61,511 bases of DNA, taken from the NCBI GenBank assembly GCA_020536535.1, contig JAHLWZ010000048.1, positions 1-61,511 on the forward strand. The letters run 5' to 3'. Shown here piece by piece: positions 51,152 to 61,511 of the stretch (position 1 is its first letter; every line of letters starts with the position of its first letter). A model generated the notes under the pieces. It was not told the origin of the DNA, ran no database searches, and was given only the letters and a program-made list of their open reading frames with translations. Made by a program: the position numbers and the translations under genes. Source of the stretch: Pelomyxa schiedti (lineage: Eukaryota > Protista > Evosea).

Positions 51152-54100
51152 ATGTTGTGGTTTTTCTGCCGTCGGGCGTTTGATCCCGTCAAGTTTTTGA
51201 CGGGCGTGCTTGAAGTTCAAGATCTTCAAGTTTGCGAGCAGTCGCTCGACGACACCAAGGGCACCGAGGCGTGGTGGCGCGCCCGTGAAATTACCCTCCA
51301 GCTCGTTGCCTCAAAATTGGGGTATGTGTAGTCCGCCTTGTTTCTTTTTGGTTTTTTCCCCCTCCCCCCCGTCGTTTGTCTCAATTTTTCTATCGATTTC
51401 TTTTTAAACTTTAAATAATAAAATTGGGGTGTTTAAATACCCCGTTCTTTAGTTCTCCTCCGTCTTTACGCAATTCTTCCGATTTTTTTTTACTTGATTT
51501 TAATAAATCTTTTAAGTTCTAACGCTTTGTAATCCAGAAACAGAGCTGGCGGTCTGCAAGACCCTCATTTATGGAAATATAACCTGAAAGATGAGTGGTC
51601 TCTTGTTGCATTTTACTTGCCGTATGAAGGAATGACTCCGGCTGACCAGCAGCGTGTTGTAATAGATCTCGTGAAAGCTGCTGGCTGTTTTATACATACT
51701 ATGCTTTCTCCGATGCGTTTCACACCAACAACAGTACCTTTGACAGCCACCAAAATCGGTATTGAAGTCTCACTTTCTCAACTACTTTCTTATTCCTTGC
51801 AGGAACTGAAGTCCGAGAGTCCCTCAACCTTCCTGAAAGTCCCATTGTCCGTGACAATTCTTTTCTCATCTGGTACTCTCCACTTGAACTGGAAGGCTCG
51901 GGAAAAGCCGTGTCTTATATGCCTGGACGAATAGGTTTGAATAAAATGCGCTGCTACTCCAAAGCCTTGAATGTTGCTGGGTCCCGCAAGCTTTTTACAA
52001 AGATTCCTCTGAGGCTAGAAGTTTCTCCTCTGGTATTTTTTGGAGCTCTCTTTCATAAGGCCATTGTATCCATCACTGGGCATTCCCATCCAATCTGGCA
52101 TCCTTGTACAGTGCTCAAGAAGAAAGACCCTTCAGAGCCAACAAAACCGTTCGCTTATGCACCTTTCTTTGAACCCAAAGATGGCTATGGCGAATTTGGT
52201 TTGGATTTCCAAAAGCTTGTTTCACATTTCCATAGTCAACACTGTCATTATAGGCAAGTCCTAACGGACTCTCTCGACACCCCAACGTCAACTTCTTCTG
52301 AGGATGACCCATTCATTTTCTGCAGTGATTATGTTGCTCACAATGGCTCAGTTCTCCTCATTGTAAACGACCATATATCTTGCCCACAGGCATATTTTGA
52401 AGATGATGCTGCAAGTATCTTAGCTCGTGGTGAACACCCATTTGCACTCACACTTATTGTCACGCGACATTCAAAGGATAATTACATCACAATCTCTTGT
52501 CTGAACTCCAAGTACACCTGTTCTCCCGTGCAGATAAATGACTTGTGCGAAAATCTTTCCGTTCTGGCACAAAGAATTATCAACGATTCCACTCTACGCC
52601 TCCAGACCACGGCATTACCTTGTCTCCCTTCCAACATTCACTTGTATGCAGCAATGAAGTGGAACTCCGATGCCAATCGAGTCAGCCATCAAGGCCCTTT
52701 TTGGCACAACAGACCCCTGACTCCAACAGAAGAGTTTATGTGGAAAGATTGGCAAAACAACTCGCGGTCATTGCAGAAGAAAATCGGCTCGTATTGTATC
52801 TGGCCATCTGCTAAACAATTCCGGACGAAAGTCCTGCACCAGTGGATGAACGCCGTATTTCTTTGTAAAATAGTATTCCCTTGCTCAACCAAGAAATCAG
52901 GTGGACTACGTCGGAGCTGTGTCAGCTAAATACATCCCTGATGAACCGGCGAACTCTGTGTCATATTTTGACATTACCCGTGCAAAATGGATTGTGCCAC
53001 AAATACCTGGATTCCGTGATGCCGACGCTAAAACGAGAGACAGCTGGTTCCTCCAAGTCTACAATATGCGCTCAATCAACTCACTTGCCGGAAGCCGTCC
53101 TTATTTCAAGTCAGACAGAGCCTCAGAATTCGTAAATGAGGCAATGCTTCAGCCCATGAATTTACGATCTCCAACAGGAGAATACCGCTGGGCAGTAAAA
53201 CTTGGAAAAAACAGGTATAGTACTGCCGGGAGCGGACATCACGTGTGGCTGGATGCCCTTGGTGGTGCTATTGAACTTGATATTTTGTTTGACTCTTGGT
53301 TCTTTCCCTATTGGTCAGTTGCAAAATATACTTCACTCTTTCAACTTGGCCGGTTTCCTCCATTTTCACAGTATCATGACGCCGTCAAACGTTTTTACAC
53401 ACCTTCCACGATTACCACTCGACATCAATACTGGGAAGACACAATAAAACGGTATTCCTTGATTGGAAAGAGTTCAGTTATTTGGCCCTGGAGCAGCAAC
53501 TCCGAAATCCCTTGGAAGAAAGGAATACGTTCTGCTGTGTTTGAGGTGCCCTCTTCTGTTCTCATTTCATTACACACCCTCCGGCAGCAGGAGAACGCCA
53601 CCCCTTTTCATCTTCTGGCATCTTTGCTGGTTTCCTTCTTATACACTCTTTCAAATCCGGAAACACAAGGTCTGTGCATTTCTTATCCAGCTTCACTGCG
53701 CCCCACTCAGAATCAATATTGGTCCGGCACTCATGTCAACATGTTGCCTTTATTTGTGCAGTTGGAGAAAACTGTTACACTCAGGAACATTTTGCGAGCA
53801 GTCAAAACACAAAGGAATTCAGACAGGGACAACCAACAAACACTTTGGCCGGAAATTGTCCAACTCATGAGCGAGCATGGCTTAGTTGTCCCCAACATAA
53901 TGCTTGCTGATACCATTTTGAAACTTTATTCCCTTCATCCAACCATTTCCTCCCAGGTTCAACTTTCGATACTCCACTCTCACAAAGATGTACTTTATGA
54001 CTTGACGTTGCTATATGAATGGGCTCCAGATAAATCAAAGCTTGCCCTGAGGTGGGAATTCCGGAGGGCCCTGTTCTTCTACTCAACAACACCAGCGTTG

Positions 54101-56654
54101 TTTGAAGACTTGTTCAAAAAATTCTTGGAGGATGTTGCAGATCAACCAGATAACCCTGGAATTTTGACCCACAGGCTATTTATTCCTCCCGGTGCCTCAG
54201 TTGCTCCCACCTTATCTATTCCGGCGGAGTTCACAGCAATGCCACAGTGGAACTGGTACGGCAAACTCCATCCCAGGCAGTCAGGTGTGAACTCTGCTCC
54301 AATTGAGTTCACCATCCCTCTGGATTCCGAAAATTCTATTCTTCGAGACTGGCAACTGAAAATCAACCAAACATGGGAGGACATTTTGTTGTGGGCTTCT
54401 GTTGTTTTCTGGAGCAAAGTCTCTGACATGAATGAAGCAGATTCCGTGATATTTGGTGCTTTGGGCAGTAGGAATGAAGTCCACTTCATTGATGTGAGTG
54501 TGAGAAAGGTAGGATCAGTGCTTAATCTTCAAGAGTCTCTTGAGTGCTTTTTGGCTTCCAAGAAAGATGCCTGTTGCATGGTTGGGCAGGCTGCGTTTTG
54601 CACTGTTTATGGTACGACTTCTCATGCCAATACCAATTTCAAGTCCTTGTGGGAGATGTGGGCTGCAAAGCCCGCACTCTTCCTTGGCCTGGAGGAGGGG
54701 GCAATCAAGATTCTCTGCGACCCGTCATACAACCTTGCTCCCAGCAGATACGAGCATGCAGCACAGTCAATTTTGCATATCCTCTTGAGTTCTGCCAAAT
54801 GCCCCGGAACTCCCCTCAAAGCTCTCAACTTGATTGACAACTCCTCCTCTGAGAAAGAACTCATTGGCAAAGCATTTGTCCAATCACATCCCTCAGATTC
54901 GCCACTTGTGACACCATGGACAACTCTGGTCGATGCCTTCATTTTTCAGGTGAAAAGGAACCCAAGCATCAAGATATGGATTGGAAACAAAGCAGCAGGG
55001 CCCGTCGAATCACACACTATCACAGAACTGTTTCAGCTGGCAACAGCCTTGGCCATCTCAAAGCCGATTGTTCAACGGTGCACACACAACGACGTTGTAT
55101 TTCTGTCCTTTCCCAGAGGCTGGGAAGCCGTCATTGCCCTGTGGGGTGTTCTGCTTGCTGGAGGTGCATGTTGCCCTCTGGATCCTGAGATTCCAGAAGC
55201 AAGGGCACACCAATTAATTGACAAAGTGAGATTCATGTGCAAATCGGGCCTGGAGCCACTGGTGTTGACAACCTCCAAGCTGGCAGAGCACTGTCTCCGG
55301 GAGAAAATTGGTCTGAAAGGCGAGGTCAGTGTTGTCCAACCAGCCACTTCCCAGCTTCCCCCACAGGAACTGGTCCCAGTGAGCACCCAAGAACACCAAC
55401 CAACACCTGATGATTTGGCCTTTGTCCTGTTTACCAGTGGGACTTCAGGGCAGCCCAAGGCAATACCAACCAGGCACAGAGCTTGGATTTCACGAATGAT
55501 AAAAAGTGCACCATTTGTTTTCATGCTGGACAAAGAAGATCCCACTTCCCCAATTTCGACCCGGCCCCGATCCTCCTCCTGTGGTTGCATGGCCCACGTG
55601 TGCTCTCCATACTTTGACGTTGCCTTATTCGAGCAGACTTTCCCTCTTGTGTTCGGAATGGATATGGGCATTGTTGGTGAGTGGGTTCCGGATTTGCATC
55701 TTTTGGCCAATTTGGCACAGCAATCCCATTTGACACACATGACAGCAGTTCCAAGTTTCCTGAAAGCACTCACTTCAAGAGAGGAGTTGTGTGCAATTGT
55801 TGCGAAGTCAATGAAATGCGTTGCCAGTGGTGGTGAAGCTCTTTCTGTCGAATTCGCAGACAAACTTGCTTCCTCGTTTCCGAATGCATCAATTGTAAAT
55901 GCGTATGGACCTGCTGAGGCAGCATACGTTTACTCTTGTTTTGAATACCATCCTGAGAATAACAGCGCAATGTCCGATGTCGAAAAGGCCACACGGACAG
56001 TTCCGATTGGGAAACCCCTCCCCGGTGACGGTGCTATTATTCTGGATGGTGATACTCACCAACCAGTTCCGTTTGGGGTTCCTGGTGAACTGTGTATCCT
56101 CAGCCCATGTCTTACAAAAGGTTACTTGAATGACTCTGCCGAAACAGCAAAACACTTCATTCGGGCGCCTCCTGAAGTGTGTGCCATAGTTTCGCATGGA
56201 GATCTCCCTTCTTTGTTGAGGGAAGACTCAGTGTTGTACCTCACTGGCGATTATGTGAGGTGGAATGATAATTTCGAGCTGGAGTACATCCGGAGAACTT
56301 GCCAAAACAAAAATCAAGTCAAAGTGCATGGGATGAGGGTGGAAACTGAGGAAATTGCCTTTTACATCCGAAGTTACCACTCTTCAATCACTGACGTCGT
56401 TGTGTGCCTGAGCAAGGGCAACTTGATTGCCTACATTGAAAATGCCTCCATTCACAACAGCGATGAAGAGAACTCACTGCGCCGAGGGTTGCATGGAAGA
56501 CTGAAGCAGCAGCTTCCTCGCTACATGGTTCCATACTTTTATGTTATCCTTCCAACATTCCCCCACACAACATCGGGGAAGCTTGACCATAAAGCCTTTC
56601 CTCCACCGCTTCCAACCAGAGATCTTCCCCTTGACAGTGACCCACAATCTGTTG
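51152..56654 (+). CDS. NRPS copy D, most complete (full A domain; carrier domain expected in the gap)
   Basis: HHVWLDA at 53237-53257. A-domain motifs FTSGTSGQPK, NAYGPAE, PIGKP, GELCI...KGYLN, YLTGD, QVKVHGMRVE, LPRYMVP, TSGKLD. Third intron 52855-52900. Confidence 0.92.
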
Positions 56655-56754
56655 NNNNNNNNNNNNNNNNNNNNNNNNNNNNNNNNNNNNNNNNNNNNNN
56701 NNNNNNNNNNNNNNNNNNNNNNNNNNNNNNNNNNNNNNNNNNNNNNNNNNNNNN

Positions 56755-59700
56755 TGGGTATCCATCGCTCCACGGCTAGTGCGGAACCAGAGGCCTTGCT
56801 TATGTCCAGAACGCAGAGCATTTCTAGTTGGTTTTTGGTGGGTCAGTAGTGTTGAGGTGAATGAGTTTACTACTACTAACCTCCGTCTCGGAAGCAAAGC
56901 GGCCGGTCGGTTACTTTGGTTTCTAGAGTGGGGAGAACCGGCCTTCTTGCTTGTTGTTGGCCTTTGCCTCCTTTGCCGGCTCCTGTTTGAGCGTTGCCTC
57001 TCTGGTTTTGCTTTTGCTGTTGGTTCTTTCCTTTATTTTTGTTGGTGTTGTTGTTACTGTTGTTTGACGGTGTCTCTGCGGTTCCGCCAGTGGCCGGTGA
57101 TTCTGTTGGGGGTGCACTGTTGTCTGTTGGGGTTTCCGTAACTGCGGGAGGGGTTTCAGGTTCAGTGGTTGTTGTTTTGGCGGCGGTATCTGGAGTAATC
57201 TGAGGTGCAGTAGTTTCAGTGGTTTCACTTTGTTGATGGACAATCTGTGACCACCTGGCAGCCGAAGCAGCACAGCGCGCAAGAAGCAAATTCTTGTCTT
57301 CGATATCGTACTTGGTTGCCAAAAGTGTACGTAATAGACCAAGAGTTGGAGTGGTGATTACAATTTCTTGGTTCGGGTGGAAAAGGCCTTTTCTCCAAGT
57401 AAATCAAACAATATAAACTACAGTGGGTTCAATACCTGATTTTGGGTCCCGACAGCAACAGTACAGTAAGATAGAGTCCGCTCCAAGGGAGAGCATGGGG
57501 TCCACAGATTCGTTAACAAGCTAGTGGGGGATGTATGAGATAATACGTATTCTGAGTAGACCTCACCTGAATGGTAAGCAGTGCGTCAGAATAGCCCACT
57601 TGAAGTTGCTTTAGGCTTTGCGACATCTTTCTCAAAAGTTTGCTTCCTTGCCACAGTCGAATAATTGGTTTGTTCTACAAGAGTTATTTTCACAGTAACT
57701 ACCAGAAAGATGCACACCCCAGAAGGATTGGGAGGAAGTAATGGAGGGAGAGTAGTGTCAAGCAATTCTCCAACAGTAGTGGAAAGCGGTACTTGGGCTT
57801 CACCAAGAAGGTTAATGTATTTGCTGTGACCGCCATTCCTCGAATCAGTATTTTTACTGTTTCGAGATGATAAAATAAGCAGGGGTGAAAAGTGCCCCGA
57901 GTACATGCTTTCATAACTGAAGGGAGTTACCACAAGCTCTCATGGTTATAATTACCTAGAGTTCTGTGATTCCTCTGCAGGTAAGTAATCGAATAGTTGG
58001 AAGCAAACCAAAGCCTCGCCTTTGGTGAGAGGCTATTGGGAATATATTTTAGTAAAGTGTTAAAGCTGTTATTAGCTCAAAACCTTTCCTTTTTCGAGAA
58101 AGATGTAGCCTCCATCAATTACTCCAGCTCTGTCTAACGGAACTGCTTCATCAACAACCAGATCTTCTCTGGGTTAGTCGTCGTGATAGGGAAAGCATCT
58201 CCAACCAGCAGGCATTTCAAAGATATCTGCCTTCCGAAGCCTCACACTGCTGGCGTCAATTCCAATTTGTTGGGCTGCAAGTTCTTTACTGTAAGTGAAT
58301 TAATTGGTTAATAGAGTAAGGAGACAAAACAACCATTCAGCCAGCGTGGTAGTTTTTGGGATCAACAAATTTATAACAGTCTGAGAAGCAGGAGTCTCCC
58401 CAAGAGCAGGAACATTCCACTTCACATTTACAGAATAAACTCCAGTGGCAGGTGTTCCAGGCTCGATTATGAGGCGCATACTGTCCTGCGAGGGGTTAAA
58501 CACGTTTTAGAAGTTTTGTGATACTGAAATTCCTGCACTCGTGAGCTGTATAGCATCCTCTAAAGATTCCCCAGGTGCCCCTCCAACAAGGCATCTTGAG
58601 ACTTTCGATTCATTTCACTTTATTGGTTGTTTACCTTCGAAGAACTGTAGTTTCAACTGTATAATCCGCCAAGGGAACAGAATCAATCACTCTTTTTTTG
58701 AGGAATGCAACGGCTGTGAACTTTATTGAGAATAGTTTTGAACAAGAAACTGGAAAAATACTAGAATCTTTTGGTACCACAATGGACCTTGAGAGCGCAG
58801 GTTGTATTGGGGTACACCAATCGGTTATATATATTGTCATATCTGTGTCATCTGGTATTTGGATCTAATAATTCATGAGTACAAGGCTTCGCATGCACTA
58901 GAAGTACTGGTGCATCTGTTGCTGACGACTTGGGGGCACTATCTTCTTCATTAAGAACTGACTCAAGGAAAACTTCATTGGCATCAAATAATTTGCTTTC
59001 AAATATTGTTGCCTTTTCTTCAACAAGACGAACCCGCTTGCCTCTGTCAACCTTGGGAAGATTAAGAAGGAGTGGGAGAGAACAAAAGAACTTTGGTAAT
59101 AATCTGTTGATGAGGGGGGATTCCAGTAAGTTGGTGAAGTTTTTGTCTCAAATCCGTAAGTGTTGAATTGAGGGAAATTCCAATACGAGCGCGGGCAGCT
59201 GCTTCATTTTTGCTGTGTTTCCAAGAAAGCTGGATTCTATTAATTAGTTTATTTTCGTTTAATCATATACCATGAGAAGAACGCTAGGCTGTTCTGGATT
59301 GTACAGCATTCCACTGATCATTTTCCCGTTCCATACAATAACGCTGGAGGCGGGTCTAATTGGAGTTTTCTTGATGGGGAGAGTTTTGTCATCTGTGAGA
59401 TATCAGTCACAGACCCATTGCAAAGGTGAAATACCATCTGATGTGCATAATAGTTGGTTTATCCTTACAACACCTGAAGTTGTTTCCCACATTTCATTTA
59501 ACTGATAATGCCCAATGAGAACAGGGGCTATAAATAATTTCAGAAACAGAGGGAAGAGAATTTCTCTACCTAGCCAAGGTATTTCCGCTACCATTTTAAA
59601 GAGTGCCTCAAGGGGTTGGCGGGCATCAAAGAAAACTACTTTCTCATTCTCTTTTTCCTCCTTTTGTGGTTACGCAAACAACGGGGGAAAACAATAAACC

Positions 59701-61511
59701 TTGTTTACAGTAAGGACACCATCGCACAACGTTAAATGTGCCTCACCCCAGACATTAATATACATCTGGTTTACTGCTGTATCATGCTCAACTCTAATGT
59801 GTTTCAGTTTTTCATTGTGACATCGAATCTCCTTCTAAAGTGCTGTTAAATAGAGGACCAAACACACTGGACACAAAACCAGACAATGCTCTGGTACTGG
59901 TGTATGGACAAAGTCTTTTGACTTGCGCCTGTAGGTGAGCATATCTAGTATGGAAATTGAGAAAGTCTAGTTCCTATTTTAGAAACGCACATGCACACTC
60001 TTTGGAGCCACCAAAGGTAGATTCCAGTTGTAACTCGGGAATGGGCGTAACAGAGGAGTCATTGAAATCGAACCACTGCTGTTCTCCCTTTTTTGAATTT
60101 ATGTATGCTAAAGAAGGGAAGCCCACACTTACTTTACGAGTGATATCGCGGATCATAGCATGGTAGTGTCCTCCGTAGGCACCACCGCTGATAGGCCGTT
60201 AAATAAGGTCTTTCAGGAATGTTACCTGTGAATCAAGACAGCAAACAAATCGTACATAAGGGGATCAGGAGTGTGGGCTGCGTCGTCCATAATCTAAGAA
60301 AATTAGTGCCTTCAGGAATATACAGCCTCACCTTAGTAAAGGGAGCTAAATCGAGCACAAGGGGGAATTGAAAAGGGGTGTTTATTTTTTCTCTTCTTTG
60401 CTGTATACAAGTTAAAGATGCCACTGAAAGTGAGGCACGCACTTGTTTGAAATTGTACTCAAAACGTTGTAATGGAAGCACCAGGATATCAGGAACTTGT
60501 GTGATTCGCACACCTTTCTTTCCGTCTACTTTCTTTCCACATTGGTCACAGGAGTATCTGGTTTTTGTTTAATGTTTTATAGTCCAACTAGATGTCCTAC
60601 TGATTTTCTTTTGTTAAAGGTTCCCAATTTGTAAGAGCTTGTAGACTTTGTTCCAGTGAATCAAAACCGTGGACGATAATTGGAATATCCTGAAATGGTT
60701 CTACATGTTCTTTGGTGTCTGAATCAAGAAAGTTAGATGTGACCCACCAATTAGTGGCCATACTGCCACATGTCAAGCAGCACAATTGAGTGGTGGTAGT
60801 TCCTTTGTATAGATTCTCGATAATATTTTGTTGTGGCGTCCCTACAAGGGATTCTTCAATCACCTCAAATAAGAGTCTGTGTGAACCAAATTACCAGTAC
60901 TCAATATTGGGAAGTCAATACCTGTTCAACTCGTGAACATCTTGTTGCTGAGATGCCTCTGAATTTTCCCAACCAAAACTTTTTGTAAGTGGATTGGTAG
61001 ATACTGCTATCTGACACAGGTGAGAAGTTCCGATTTTACATGTGTTGGAGGGCTCACCTGGTCCACTTCCTGAAGGTAGGCAAATAATCTCTGCAGTTCT
61101 ATCACAATTTGCCTGGGGTTTCCTGGATCTACACCAATAAGACTTCAATAAAGTTCGTTGTGAAGAAAAAACTTCCAACCTGCCTGATCAGAGACTGGAG
61201 GTGCATCTGTTTGAGTTGTTTGAGATGGAGCCTGTGTACTGGAGGTGGGTGAAGCAGATGTCGTGGGTGGAGAATTTTCTTGTTTTGACGATGGTTCAGC
61301 GCCAACATTAGTTGTGACTGCCGATTTTTGGGCTGGCTCTACGTCATCTGTCATCTCTACTATTGATGAGCTAAGGATGAAATTTGGTAACACACCAAGG
61401 TCATCAAATAATCTAAACTCCCCAAGTTGAATATCTGCACTGGGTTCTTTTTTCCCAGTTGTAGCACCAGATAACAACCAGTTAGCAGCATGATCAACAT
61501 TATTATTGCAG
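56755..61511 (-). CDS. Second, partial copy of the USP40-like gene
   Basis: Colinear with 29792-34568, with scattered substitutions and small indels. Confidence 0.9.

Overview
Eukaryotic nuclear DNA, gene-dense, with many short (about 40-60 nt) GT-AG introns and GC-rich low-complexity 5' exons. The gene content suggests an amoebozoan, possibly a Pelomyxa-like archamoeba (inference, not verified). The scaffold has five N gaps. Main content: four dispersed, intron-containing copies of a nonribosomal peptide synthetase (NRPS) gene, each cut by a gap. Their architecture is unusual: unknown N-terminus, half C domain, full C domain, half C domain, A domain. Two MFS efflux transporter genes lie next to one copy. 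Also present: a degenerate Roco gene, five intronless members of a lineage-expanded family with a shared 'QFxALxxxxHxRCG' N-terminal motif, an HSPA12-like gene, a protein with a C-terminal Vint-type Hint domain, a TMEM134/230-like gene, a degenerate tRNA-Gly-like element, GDP-mannose pyrophosphorylase, a USP40-like deubiquitinase present twice, and a Sel1-repeat protein. A Ras gene appears to need a 1-nt exon plus 8- and 13-nt microexons. All gene models were derived by eye, so exon boundaries are approximate unless stated.
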